This document shows, piece by piece, positions 12,857-26,271 of a stretch of 64,000 nt of DNA. The notes below the pieces were generated by a model that saw nothing but the letters and a program-made list of their open reading frames with translations, was not told where the DNA came from and made no database searches. The translations under genes were made by a program, and so were the position numbers. The first letter of the stretch is position 1; every line of letters begins with the position of its first letter. The DNA lies in assembly GCA_951406725.2 (NCBI GenBank), contig OX597822.1, positions 117,676,001 through 117,740,000 on the forward strand. Direction: 5' to 3'. The stretch comes from Octopus vulgaris (taxonomy: Eukaryota).

Positions 12857-14015
12857 AGTATATATTACACTTCTATATTTAAGAGATGAGGTATTATATA
12901 CATTATTTACAATGTTTACATTATCTACATTTGACGGATATTTGTCCTCATCTTGTTTGTTAACACAACGTTCCGGTTGATATATCCTCCAGACTTCTTC
13001 AGGTGACTTGGAGAAATTTCGAACCTGGGTTCTCATTCCTAAGGTATTTTTCGATGTTATTATATACTTCTTTTTCTTCTTCTTCTTCTTCTTCTTCTTC
13101 TTCTTCTTCTTCTTCTTCTTCTTCTTCTTCTTCTTCTTCTTCTTCTTCTTCTTCTTCTTCTTCTTCTTCTTCTTCTTCTTCTTGTTCAGATCACTGCTTG
13201 GAATCGAACTCGGAATCATGGGATTAGAGTGAAATTTAGGGCTTATAAATCTAATATTTTTCTATCCACCCGTAGCACCGGTTTCCATATGCTGTTCATA
13301 TTTGCACTCAATCTGCTTAGGAGGTTGTTGTGTCCTAGCATATGTACTGCTTCTTTAATTTTCGTATTTTCCACTGGTGTTGTCTATTATTTAAACTTCA
13401 TCCCACAGGGGGAGGTGGTCTCCATTTTTCCATTCATGATCAGCTATACCCGATTTATCAATATCTCCTCATGTCACAGCTTTGCAATGTTCCTCTACTC
13501 TTATTTTGAGGGAGCGGCTTGTCTCGCCTTTGTATAACTTACCACAGCTGCACGGGATGGAGTACACGCAGTCTTTGGTCATATTCTCTTCTATTGGTAG
13601 TTTCACTTGAAGGAGATATTTGCGAAGTATTGCTCTTGAATACTGTCCTGATGTCATATGGGCCACATATCTTTTGTATCTTTTCGGAGAGGCCTTTCAC
13701 ATAGGGTAGACAGACTGTGGACAGTTTTTTGGCCACATCCTCTCTCTTCTTCATAACTGGAGTGGAGAGTATGTTTTGGGGGTAGTTGTTGCTTAACAGA
13801 TCGTTATTGAGATTGATCATTTCTTCGTGGTGTGTATCACGACCACTACTTATATTCTTTGCTCGATGTTTTAGGCACTGAGCAATCCCTCTCTTTACAC
13901 TGTATGGATGGTGGGAATTGAAGTTGAGGTATTGTCCAGTAAAGGTCGGCTTGCAGTATATGGATGTCTTGAATCCATACTTGGTGCGTGTTATTAATAC
14001 GTCCAGGAATGCCAG
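12857..14015 (-). mobile_element. Penelope-like element remnant (RT C-terminus, GIY-YIG, pLTR)
   Basis: KTSIYCKPTFTGQYLNFNSHHP, LPYVKGLSEKI, CVYSIPCSCGKLYKGETSRSLKIRVEEH. Interrupted by (TTC)n at about 13068-13185. Hammerhead-like motif downstream. Confidence 0.9.
12964..13005 (-). ncRNA. Decayed PLE hammerhead, C3-G8 core
   Basis: CAC CUGAAGA A GUCUG...CAACC GGAA CG UU GUG; GAAA mutated to GGAA; lies downstream of a GIY-YIG remnant. Confidence 0.55.
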
Positions 14016-14019
14016 CTGA

Positions 14020-14740
14020 TTGTCTGCTTGGTATTAGGGACGTATTTTATTTTTTGGGAGAAGCCGCTGGCAGCGAGCGCTTGGTCGTAATATGGTGCGT
14101 GGTTATTGAATTTTTCCTCAGTGGAAGAGAGGTCAGATGTACGGATCGAGATACCGTTGACTATGTTATCAAAGGTGGATTTGTGGTGACTGGAATGAAT
14201 GTTTAGGTTTTCAGGTATTTAAGGCATTGGTTAGGTTCGTGATAAAGGGGTGTATTGGTATGTTTCTAAGTTTAAAGTTATGTCTAAAATGTTGGTAGTT
14301 TTGTGAGAATTTTCAAACGTAATAGACAGGTTTAGGCTAGAGAAGAATTTGTGTAGATCTTTTCTAGCTCGTTCTAAAAAGAATTTATCTACGATCTTGG
14401 TAACTAGCAAGACGTCATCTCTGTAGAGGCCTCCTTTGAGGTTAAGGAAATGTATTTGGAGCTGGTGGAGTATGTATAGTCCAACTAGGTCGGTGACCTG
14501 GACGGAGTCCGATAAGCCCATGGTAATGTCAAATAAATTACTATGGTTATTGGTATTGTTTTGGTGATTGGCCCGGCACCAAGGTTTGTCCTCAAAAGAA
14601 ATAAGGGTTTTGCGGCTATTAAGGATTATATTAATTTCTAGTGAAGGAAGGTTGGTTAGATTCCTAGCTAGAAGGAGTGCTTAAGAAGTTTGGGAGAAAT
14701 AGAAAATTAGTAAATATTTATATCGAATTGTAGGAAAGAA
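14020..14740 (-). mobile_element. Penelope-like RT remnant of a second lineage
   Basis: MGLSDSVQVTDLVGLYIL...GGLYRDD...NILDITLNL, matching the PLE RT MGS.D.AEV..LVGLY / GLYRDD pattern. Confidence 0.8.
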
Positions 14741-14986
14741 TCAGAGATATGCGAGTATCACTCCTACTCACATATCTCACATTCTTTTACTCCTTACCTT
14801 CTCATCTCTTCATATACCTCCTCCACACCACTCCCTTCCTCCCATCATATTATCGTGACCACCAACTAACACTCTCTTTCTCACCTCTTTCTTCACTTTT
14901 TTCACTCATTTTTTTTTCTCTCTCCTTTTTCTCTCCTCTTTTTTTTCTTTTTTCTCTTTTTGTTCCTCTCATTTTCTCTTCTTACT

Positions 14987-15345
14987 TTAAATTTGGGGAC
15001 TGTCGTGGCCAGATAAGATGTTCAACTTCACGAGAATGTTTCTCGTACCGCTTAGTAACAACTTTAGCTGTGTGAATTGGTGCATTATCATCCTGAAAGA
15101 TTGCGTTTCCGCAACCATAGTATGAATTTGATCAGATAAAATACATAAATAGTCTTGAGAATTAATTCTTCCATGAAGGAAAACCATTGGGCCGGCGGAT
15201 TTCCAAGATATAACCCTCCCCCACCAGATCGTCACAGATCCTTCTCCGTATTTAACAATTGGAAGAAGGAAGTCTAGGTCAAATGCTTCTTTTGGCTGTC
15301 TCCACACGTATACTTGGCCGGTAGTCGGAAATAAGGTAAAGGATT
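14987..15345 (-). mobile_element. Tc1-like transposase remnant
   Basis: VKYGEGSVTIW, GRINSQDY, then frameshifted QDDNAPIH...WPRQSPNL. Confidence 0.85.
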
Positions 15346-15544
15346 CATAAGATATATAAAGGTAAACAAAGAAATTAGGTTACTGTATGAATATTTCTTC
15401 TTTTAATATGTACGTTTAGAATGAGGGTACATATGTGCTCTATATTGATTTTAAACATTTTATATGCTATTTTAAAGTCTGACTTCACCACGTATCTATC
15501 TATCTGTCTATCTATTTATCTAGCTAGCTCACTATAGCGGAGAG

Positions 15545-15588
<44 letters not shown>

Positions 15589-16469
15589 GAGAAAGAGAGA
15601 GACAGAGAAAGAGAGAGGGGGAATGAGGGAGAAATAGGCAGATAGAAAGGGAAAGGAGGTGATACGCACAAAAATGTATTTCGAGTCATGTTTTTAATAT
15701 CTCATGTATAAAGCACGTTAAAACTATTTTTGCTGTAACAACATAATTTTTGTAACTTTTTTCAATAGAATTACAAAAATTTCAAAACGAAGAGAAAAAA
15801 AATCGAAACAAAACGAAACGCTGCTGCAATGGCTTCCTTTCTCGTCTTTATTGCACGACTATTGCTTTATTCTGAAAACGCTTCTTTGGAACATTGATAT
15901 CTTTTACGTCTTGTTATAACTTGTGTTTAGCTAAACCCTTTAGCTACCACTTCAATAGGACAAAGAACCCGATGGTAATTGAACTAACGGTATTGGCAAG
16001 CTACAATGGTTACATTTGAATTTTTATTTGAAAACGTTAACAAAAAGAGATGAACAAAAAAAGAAAAGGCGAAATGTCGGTGAGTAAAATATCGATACGA
16101 CTCTGCAAACTAATGAATTAATATTCTGCAAACTGGTATTGATGTTATTGATCTTGATGTTATAACAATACACAATATTAAGCTAATGCTCAGTTTAGGA
16201 AATGGTATTTGTTCTGATTAATTCGTTATAAGAAAATGTCTTCATTTAACTATTATTTATCAAAGAACAACTCTTGACTGATTCGTTAATTAAAGTCAAA
16301 AATTTAACCTGCAATGCCAGTGTGCACCTTTCATCCCGAAGAACCTTTTAAATCATAAACATCACATTCGTATAAATTTTCTTTATTCACACTCACACAA
16401 ACACACACACATGCGCACTCGCACGCGCACTAACACACAAAGTCATATTCTAACAACACACACACAGTG

Positions 16470-16554
<85 letters not shown>

Positions 16555-16583
16555 GAGCGAGAGAGAGAGAGAGAGAGAGATAA

Positions 16584-16815
16584 AGGCGGCTAGCTGGCAG
16601 AAACGTTAGCACGCCGGGCGAAATGCGTAGCCGTATTTCGTCAGTCGTTACGTTCCGAGTTCAAATTCCGCCGAGGTCGACTTTGCCTTTAATCCCTTTG
16701 GGGTCGATAAATTAAGTGCCAGTTACGCACTGAGGTCGATGTAATCGACTTAATCCCTTTGTCTGTCCTTGTTTGTCCCCTCTATGTTTAGCTCCTTGTG
16801 GGTAGTAAAGAAAAG
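16584..16815 (+). mobile_element. tRNA-derived SINE family B (Deu/Nin-like central domain)
   Basis: A-box AGCTGGCAGAA, B-box GAGTTCAAATTC. The family core GCCTTTCATCCTTTCGGGGTCGATAAA..AAGTACC resembles the DeuSINE/Nin domain. Confidence 0.88.
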
Positions 16816-17934
16816 AAAAAATATATTTATATAGATAGATAGATAGATATGTACACATATGTATACATGTGTATGTATGTATGTATGTCTCCAGTGTGAA
16901 CTCTCGGGAAAAAGAGTACTTGATACCATTGTGAAGATTAATGATAACTGATTCTATTTTATCTGTTCTTGTTATCTTCGCCTTAGCGAAGGCGGAGGTA
17001 TTGTTTCAGTCATGTTTCTTTGTTTGTATATGGACAAGATATCTCAAGAACCGCCGGATGAAACTTTCAGGGATGTTTGACCAGAAGGAAGGAAGACGAA
17101 AAGGGGGTGGATAAAATAAGCGAAAAGGAACTTGAGGAGCTGTTCAAAGAGGTGTTGCATGAGGAACAGACATTGGTGAAGACACCGGTTGTTCCGGTGG
17201 AGGGAGGAAATTTAGAAACGCAACTGGAGAGACTGTTCAGAGTGGTGGAAGAAAAGAAGGTACCAGGAACGGAGCAGGAAAAGAGAAAACAAATTAGGAA
17301 AGGAAAATTTCGATGGAATTTCGTGACGCAAAAAGCAAAGAAACTGAAAAGAAAGTATTAAAGTTTAAACATATTATATAAGAGTAAAGTTGGCCACGGA
17401 TGTGTATTCCGAGAATGTAAAAAGCCATCGTGGTCGACAAGGACACCTACAACAGACTAAAAGACATGTGTGGAGAAGGGATTGACGCGCCAGGAGTGAT
17501 GGTGGAGTTCGATGAATTGGCACCTGTAGTGGAGCTGAAAGATTTAGAACCTTTCATGAGATATTAAAAAGGAAAAAAGTAAGTAAAATTGTTTTATTGA
17601 AGAAAGAAGGAAAAAGTAAAATTGTTTCATTTTAAAAAAGAGGAAAAAACGAGATTAAGAAAAAAAACAATAAGAAAAATAGAACGATTGTAAATAGTTT
17701 ATATAAACGTTCAAATAATACTGCGTGGGACTGGGGCCCATGCAGCCGTTTCATTTATCATTTTTATATAACGTTTCATTTTCATTCGTTTTATGTTTTT
17801 GTCTCCACTGTGGTGTTGTGTTTGCCTTTGTAGTGACCCCTCTGTGTTGTGGCCCTAGTGCCAAAATAAAGAACCATAGTTTCACCCGTCTACAATTATT
17901 GTTGCTGTCACTTTTGCTTTCATTTCTCTGCTAT

Positions 17935-18135
17935 CTTTTTTCTTTTATTTGTTTCAGTCATTCGACCGCGGCCATGTTGGGGCACTGCTTTAAAGAACTG
18001 CGATCGAACCAATGAACCCCGGTGCTTACTTTTTTTTTATTAATCCAGGCACTTATTCTATCGATGTGTGTTGCCGAATCGCAAAGTTACGCCCACGTAA
18101 ACACACCAACACGGGTTGTCAAGTGGCGATGGGGG
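17935..18135 (-). mobile_element. SINE family A, diverged 3' half
   Basis: TTTCAGTCATTCGACCGCGGCCATG...AACACACCAAC. Confidence 0.75.
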
Positions 18136-18704
18136 ACTCTGCTTGACAACCATAAAACAAGTATCGGCCCTTACTTCAGTTGATTCGCTCTCTTCTACCA
18201 TTCCTTACAAATATCGATCCTTGTATTCAATTAAAAATTATATCAATATTATACAACAGTTTATTTGAAATTTAACACTAATGGAGGATGAAGGAAGTGT
18301 TATGCGGTTAGAAAGTTCCCTTTACATATAAGGGATTGCAAGGTCACTATTGATCGTGTCTAATTGCATTTAAATTTTACCAGGACTGATAAACTAATGA
18401 GTTCTTTAACTTCAGGGGTTCCACTGGTTATTGCTAGTTTATCGCAGGAAATCTAGCCCATGTGAATTTCACCTTTTGAAAATCAACCAACGGAAAGAAT
18501 TAAAACCACTTCTTCGAAATAAGGAAATATTCGTCAAATGTACAGTATTAGGGATACCTCTTATTTTTCGGGAGTCGATAAAACATCAGTCAACAATGCA
18601 GTGCCTTATTCTAGCCATTTACATCTGGGTTAGTTTGGTCATTTAGTTGTGTTATGGATTCGCTGCATTGCCGGTGAAATTATGTCAGTTGCCTAACAAG
18701 GCTA

Positions 18705-19070
18705 AAGGCAGTTAGTTGGCGGAGGCTATAAGTCGTCGAAAAATGACAAGCAGCATTCTTTCCGGCTCTTTAAGTTATGAGTTCAAATCCCGCCAAGATC
18801 GACATTCACCTTTATCCTTTCGGTGTCGATAAAATAAAATTCCAGCCAAGCACCAGGGCCAGTGGTATCGACCACTCTCCCTTAAAATTGCTGGACCTCA
18901 GCCTAAATCAGAATTTATTAACAGCGTCGTTAGAGCGTCTTTCAAATTAACTTCTGGTATATGTTGCGGGTCTTTACGCCCTGAGTTCAGATCCTGCCAA
19001 GACTCAGTTTGCCTTTTATTTCCTTTTATTACTTATGAGCTAATAAAGTACCAGTGAAGTACCAGATTTG
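18705..19070 (+). mobile_element. Two diverged SINE family B copies
   Basis: GAGTTCAAATCCCGCC...CCTTTATCCTTTCGGTGTCGATAAAA. Confidence 0.65.
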
Positions 19071-19303
19071 TAAAACGCTGGAATTGTGAAACCATGTATG
19101 AATTCATCTCATACTTTCATCGACAATCGTTTTCTTTCCAAGTAAAGCAGCGTCAGGTATCTCCTATGAAAAATAAAATAAAAATACGTCGAAGTCTAAC
19201 AGAAATGTCTGTTATTACAGACGGCAGAAATGAATCATTTTATAAATTCCGCTATCGTAAATATAAAGATATTGGTGAACGCAGTCAAGAGATACACTTA
19301 TTG

Positions 19304-19342
<39 letters not shown>

Positions 19343-19368
19343 CACACACACACGCACGCACACACACG

Positions 19369-19411
<43 letters not shown>

Positions 19412-19689
19412 TTTGTGAAAATCGAAGAGAGACGTATTTTTCAGAAGTTTTAGAATCGTTCGCTTTCACTTCCTCTGTTATTCTCAAATTACATTGAAAG
19501 AAATGTTGAATTTAGAATTATGAAGATGTACTTGCATAGCAAGTGACCTGATCTGAGATCGTGTGCTGAAACAAAAACAATTGCAGCATGGAAGGTGTAT
19601 ATAAGCCATTCAAAGACACAAAAACCGTTAGATTCACTTCAACATTTAAATTAATTTTCCAAAATATTTTCGTCGCTGCAGCACGGAAT

Positions 19690-19740
19690 TTTGTCTGTGA
19701 ACAGGTCGCTGTCTCAAAGCTACGAAAATATTTTGACAAA
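19690..19740 (+). ncRNA. Minimal hammerhead-like ribozyme, G3-C8 core
   Basis: UUUGUC(U) GUGAACA G GUCGCU-GUCUCAA-AGCUAC GAAA AUAU UU^ (U)GACAAA. Confidence 0.6.
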
Positions 19741-20099
19741 TTAAATTTTAATTTAGAAGAAAGCAAACAAATAGATAATTTTTCTTGAAGATAAACCGAA
19801 ACAGAGAAAAAAAATCGAGAATTGTGGAGACACAAAAATATTGAGGTTTCAGTGGAATTCGAAATTAAAAAGAAAGATAAATGAATTTAAGATAGAAATA
19901 AGGAATGCCACAATTAATGCTTTAACATTTGCGTTCATTTCTGCAGACTAGATTTATGCCTATATTCCAAGGAAGGCGTGACTAGATTTTCTGAAGTTCA
20001 TACCCGAGCAAAATAGTGAAACCTTCTGAGTTACATTCAGTGGTGTACAATGTGAATCAAATTTGGGATATTTTCTTTACACGGTTTCGCTGAGACCTG

Positions 20100-20945
20100 C
20101 AGTGACCTACGAAGTTTGCTCTCCAACCACATGTTTCCAGATTCAGTCCCACAGTGTAGGATCTTGGACTATTGTCTTCTGCTATAGTCATGGTGGCTTT
20201 GGTAGGTGGAAACGGAAGATCGTCGTATACAAAAATAAGTAGACCCATCCATAAGTCCATCCATATATACGTATATGAATATATATATCACCGTGATCAC
20301 CGTGACCGACCAGGCTATCAGATGTTGTTACACATCGCTGGTCACAATGCGCTAATCATTGTTTTAGCCTTCAAATGACGCCACCTCGCTGGCTAAGCGA
20401 GCAGGCCAGCAGAAGAAAGAGTGAGAGAAAGTTGTGGCGAAAGAGGACAGCAGGGAACGCCACAGACCCCTGCCGGAGCCTTGTGGAATTTTAGGTGTTT
20501 TCGCCCAAAAATACTTACAACGCCCGGTCTGGGAATCGAAACCGCGATCCATAACCGCGTGTCCGCTGCCCTAACAACTGGACCATTGCGCCTCCACACA
20601 CACACACATATATACTCATACCTACATACATGCGCGCGCGCGTGCGTGGTTTTTGTGTCTTTCAGCTTGACAAGTCTTGTTGTGTTTACGTCCCTGTAAC
20701 TTAGCGGTCGGGCAAAAGTGAGTGATAGAATAAATACTTTGCTTAAAAGAAGTACTGGAGTCGATTGGTTCGACTAAAATTCTTGAAGGTAGTATATATA
20801 CAGTTCAAATGCTTGTTTTGCATCCGCTTTGTTTTAGTTTCCGCCTCACAGCACACCACCTTTGGCATATGTCTTCTGCTATAGCCCAAGGCCGTACAGT
20901 ACGATGTGAATTTAGTAGACGGAAACTGCATGGAAGTCCGTCCTG
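20100..20945 (+). mobile_element. Diverged SINE family A pieces (one split by a family C copy, plus a second head)
   Basis: Head about 20100-20230, tail about 20645-20790, second head about 20800-20945. Confidence 0.7.
20290..20595 (-). mobile_element. SINE family C (tail type 2)
   Basis: Same head and body; the tail ends in (CACGGTGAT)2. Confidence 0.85.
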
Positions 20946-22169
20946 TACACACACACACACACACACACACACACGATAGGATGAGAAAAAAATCGAGAAA
21001 AGGCAAGAAAGAAGTAGATATAATAGATTGAAAGTTTTCAGGTCTAAGGACTTTAACACTACTGAATTCTAGATCTGAAATTTTCAGCTGTTGTAAGAAT
21101 ATGTCTAAGTTCTTTGGGAAAATTCGAAAGTGCTCTCCGGATTGAACAACTCTATCACAGACTCTTAGCTCCTATCTTTTCAGCCTTATATTTTACGATC
21201 TTAGGGAAAATAATTCTAATAAGCACCCCCAACTCCTTTTGTTTCTTTCTGTTTTCTTTTTCCTTTTCTGGTTTTTCAACTTTCTACTCTTTATATCTAC
21301 ATTTTTCTCGCCTTCTCTCGCCTTCACTCGCCTTTTCTGTCATCCTATCGTCCCACTTTTAGTTCGTTATGCCATATGGGTAGTGTCTGATGACTGTGCT
21401 AGGGCACCAGACGTGTTAAAAAAATTGTGTCTGGCATGCTCGCAGCACGTGAAACTAATAGTAGAACATAAAACTTATATTGTGTTTACTAAACGACACG
21501 AATCATTCAATTTCTGCGAACCAAATCAACTCACAAGACTCCTAGGGTTATATAAGAAAAAACTACATATCGATATGTCTGAAGATGTGCGTTGGTATGC
21601 GTACTTTTGTGTGTGTATGTATGTGTGTGTGTGTATGTATGTGTGTGTGTGTGTGTGTGTGAGTCGGTGTCTGTCTGTGCGTGCATTATTATAATCAATA
21701 ACAGGTATACAATCTAATTAAGAAAATTAAAAACAAAGAATGGCAAAAATGGAAGCACGTGAAATGTGTGAAATATATATGATGCACACAACTTAATGAA
21801 ATAGTGACAAACGTAATCATATCAATACCAGAAGATAATTAATCAATGATGAAAATGTAATTTGGTTGTATATTACAAAAATGAAGAATTTTGTTTTTAA
21901 TATTATAAATAATCAAATTTTAAATTACTGTAATCACACTAAATAATGAAATTTATGCAAGGCAATGTAATTTATGCTGTAATCAATGTTGCTCTGGCTT
22001 CTTATAATGTCATTTGTAACGTGTTTCTTGTTTCTGCTCCGTTTTCTATTTGACAGATTCGTTGGATGGGTTATCAAATTCGTTGCGGGCACACTGACAC
22101 GTCGACAACGGCCAGCAGTTGATAAGAAGAAATGATGATGATGATGATGATGATAATAATAATAATAGT

Positions 22170-22710
22170 ACCAGGCAGTGGCTCTCGTGGCTTCTGATCT
22201 TAACTGATTGGAAGTGTTATCATGTACATTGTTTTGTCTTGGTATAAAAGATGGGCTACAGCAAATATTCTGCTCAATACCACAGATTTGCCTGTCAGTT
22301 GTTTGACCTTAACCAGTTGAGCATGTCCCTTAGTGGCTGACGATATGTGCATCTCTGATCACGAGCAGAAGTAGTGGCGGAGCATCATAGCCATGTGTTG
22401 AGAGGGATTCTTTGGGGTTTGAATAATTCACCTTTGGAAACAGGGGTGTTTCGTTCAACATCCTTAAACAACCCTTATTCAGGGACCTTTTGAGCGGGAT
22501 GGGCTACTCGACCAGAACAAAATTCTAACTGGGCCCCACCTTGAAGGTCATGTGCTGTTTATCTTGATATGAGGTCACCATATCGCGCACATATGGTTGT
22601 GATGCATGTGCCTGGTGTACCCTTATCAGACGGGTAGTCATAATGGATATAGTGGGCTTCGTATATTTTACCCCAGTGTCACTTTGATGGCATGCACTGC
22701 TCTCTCACTC

Positions 22711-22762
<52 letters not shown>

Positions 22763-23333
22763 TTAATAATAATAATAATCCTTTCTACTATAGGCACAAG
22801 GCCTGAAATTTTGGGGGTTATGTTAAGTCGATTACATCGACCTCAGTGCGTAAGGGATTGTCTTGGTATAAAAGATGCGCTACACCAAATACCCTGTTCA
22901 ATACCACAGATTTGATTGTCAATTGTCTGACCTTAACCAGTTGAGCGTGTCCCTTAGTGGCTTACGATATGTGCATCTTATATCACGACCGAGAGCAATG
23001 AGGGAGCATCATAGTCATGTATTGAAAGGAATTCTTTGGGGTTTAAATAGTTCACCTCTGGAAACATGAGCTTTTCGCTTATCATCCTTAAACAAACCTT
23101 ATTCAGTGACCTTTTGAGCCTGATGAGCTATTCGACCTGAAAAACCTTCTGACTAGGCCCCACCTGCAAGGCCATGCGCTGTTTATCTTGATATGAGATC
23201 ACCATGTCGCTCACACATGGTCTTGATGCATGTTCCTGGTATACCCTTATCAGACACGTAGTCATGATGGGTGTATCGGGGTTCGTATATTTGTACCCCA
23301 GTGTCACTTTGCATTGCTCTCTCACTCAATAAT
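22170..23333 (+). mobile_element. Two tandem copies of a ~500-bp retroposon 3' segment ending in (AAT)n
   Basis: 22170-22710 and 22855-23330 are homologous and both end CTCTCTCACTCAATAAT. They are separated by (AAT)n and a family B fragment. Confidence 0.7.
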
Positions 23334-23377
23334 TTTGGCACAACATACATAAGTTTATATTTAAATATAAACACGCA

Positions 23378-23453
23378 TATACTTGTATATATAATTGTGT
23401 GAATGTATTCATGAATATATATATATATACACATACAAATATATGTGTGTGCG

Positions 23454-23491
<38 letters not shown>

Positions 23492-23525
23492 TACACACTC
23501 ATATATATATGAGTGTATATATAAA

Positions 23526-23577
<52 letters not shown>

Positions 23578-23729
23578 GTAAATATACATTTATATATACA
23601 CTCATATATATATGAGTGTGTATATATGTATATATATATATATATATATGTATATACGCACACACATATATTTGTATGTGTATATATATATATATATTCA
23701 TGAATACATTCACACAATTATATATACAA

Positions 23730-23735
<6 letters not shown>
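23378..23735. repeat. Quasi-palindrome centred on (TA)n
   Basis: Complex flanks are reverse complements of each other. Confidence 0.9.
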
Positions 23736-23772
<37 letters not shown>

Positions 23773-24177
23773 TGGAGTAGCTGTGTGGTAAGTAGCTTGT
23801 TTACCAACCACATGGTTCCGGATTCAGTCCCACTGCGTGGCACCTTGGGCAAGTGTCTTCTACTATAGCCTCAGGCCGACCAAAGCCTTGTGAGTGGATT
23901 TGGTAGACGGAAACTGAAAGAAGCCCGTCGTATATTTTGTATATATATGCGTGTGTGTGTTTGTGTGTCTGTGTTTGTACCCCTAGCATTGCTTGACAAC
24001 CGATGCTGGTGTGTTTATGTCCCCGTTACTTAGCGGTTCGGCAAAAGAGACCGATAGAATAAGTACTGGGCTTACAAAAGAATAGGTCCCGGTGTCGAGT
24101 TGCTCGACTAAAGGTGGTGCTCCAGCATAGCCGCAGTCAAATGACTGAAACAAGTAAAAGAGTAAAAGAGTAAAGAG

Positions 24178-24178
<1 letters not shown>
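23773..24178 (+). mobile_element. SINE family A
   Basis: Full-length copy. Confidence 0.92.
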
Positions 24179-24263
<85 letters not shown>

Positions 24264-24344
24264 ACAAAGTAAAGTTGTAAGGTACCGCACGAGAGGAAAT
24301 ATATACATAAAAGAAGTTTGAAAATGCAATTTTAAAGATATTTA

Positions 24345-24392
24345 TTCACCTGACAGGTTTCACTATTTTAGAAAAAGATTGTCAAAAGTAAA
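24345..24392 (-). ncRNA. Hammerhead-like motif, U3-A8 core
   Basis: UUUACUU UUGACAA stem II GAAA CCUG UC^ AGGUGAA. Confidence 0.5.
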
Positions 24393-24731
24393 ATGTAAAG
24401 CTTTGTATAAGCTTTGTTGTGTTAAGTACTGGTTGTCACAAAAGTATTAAAAATACAGTTATACATTCTTTGATAATAATAATAAGAAAATGTTAAAAAC
24501 AGTTTACAAGAATGTATTTAAAAAACTATTCATAACGGGACTACAAAACGTATTGCATACGTTAAGAATTTACATACATCATAGCTGTACCCTCGTTACA
24601 TGCGAAAAGTCATTGACAGAAAAACTTACTGAAATGATTCATTATTGATGCAATGTGATGCCCTTATATGATTTTTAAGCCCAGCCAAACTTTTACACAT
24701 TTTATTTAATAAAGATCATGTTTGTTTGGTA

Positions 24732-24766
<35 letters not shown>

Positions 24767-25039
24767 ATCCAAACAAGAAAACACAAATATATATATATAC
24801 ACAGAAGGAGATATATTTAAGAATTTAGAAAACATTGGAGAGGAACTGACCTGTCTTTCTGACATTTTCTGTCTTGTGTATAGCTAAGGAATGTTTGCTA
24901 TTTTAAGGAACAGTGTGGGAGGTTGGTTGGTGGGGGTAGGAAGAGCAATGTTGAATCAAAATGATTTTTTGTTTCTGGGCTAGTCTGTCATGGTTCAGTG
25001 GTTTTGGGGATTGGTCTTAGATGTCAGAATGGTGTTAGT

Positions 25040-25206
25040 GTGTGTGTGCGTGTGTGTGTGCGTGTGTGTGTGTGTGCGTGTGTGTGTGTGTGTTTATCCC
25101 CCAACATCGCTTGACAATCGATGGTGGTGTGTTTACGTCCCCGTAACTTAGCGGTTCGGCAAAATAGACCGATAGAATAAGAACTAGGATTACAAAGAAT
25201 AAGTCC
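25040..25206 (+). mobile_element. SINE family A internal fragment
   Basis: CATCGCTTGACAATCGATG...ACAAAGAATAAGTCC. Confidence 0.8.
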
Positions 25207-25824
25207 CACACTCACCACAATAACAATTATAACGACACAAACATACTCAGAGGCACACTCACGTACACACACATAGCATCCTCACCAACACAAAACACAC
25301 AAACATACACACGCACACACAGACATACACATACACGCATGCGAACAAACACATACACACACATGCGCACACACAACATCCTGACAAATCCTAATCACAG
25401 ACATACACACACACATAAATGTGCACACATATACACACACACATCATCCTACCAAATATAAAACACACACAGACCCATATACACATACCACAATAAACTC
25501 AGGGACCAATCAAAAGTTGTCCACACACGCGAACACAAGCACATGTATACACACACACACACACATAAAAACGTGCACAGAGACACACACACTGACACCA
25601 TTCTGACCTCTGAGACAAGTCCCAAATACCACTGAACAATGACAGACTAGCCCAGAAAGAAAAAAATCCTTTTGATTCAACATTGCTCCCCCCATCCCCA
25701 CAAACCAACCTCAAACACTGTCCCTTAAAGTAGCAGACATTCCTTAGCTACACACAAGACAGAAAATGTCAGAAAGATAGTTTATGTTCCTTTCCAATTT
25801 CTTGTAAATTCTTAAATATATCTC

Positions 25825-26012
<188 letters not shown>

Positions 26013-26223
26013 ATATGTATGTATATACTACCAAACAAACATGATTTTTATTGAACTCATAATACGTTTTGTAGTCCCGTTCTGAATATTTTCTTAAATA
26101 CTTTCTTGTAAACTGCTTTTAACATTTTTCTTATTATTATCAAAGAATGTATATATATATATATTTTAATACTTTTGTGACAACCAGTACTTAACACAAC
26201 AAAGCTTATGCAAAGCTTTACAT

Positions 26224-26271
26224 TTTACTTTTGAAAATCTTTTTCTAAAAAAGTGAAACCTGTCAGGTGAA
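26224..26271 (+). ncRNA. Hammerhead-like motif, U3-A8 core (inverted copy)
   Basis: UUUACUU UUGAAAA U-CUUUUU-CUA-AAAAAG-U GAAA CCUG UC^ AGGUGAA. Confidence 0.5.

Noticed and set aside
22040-22135. Possible host exon after a polypyrimidine-CAG acceptor
   Set aside because: All frames are short and unrecognisable; no partner exon.
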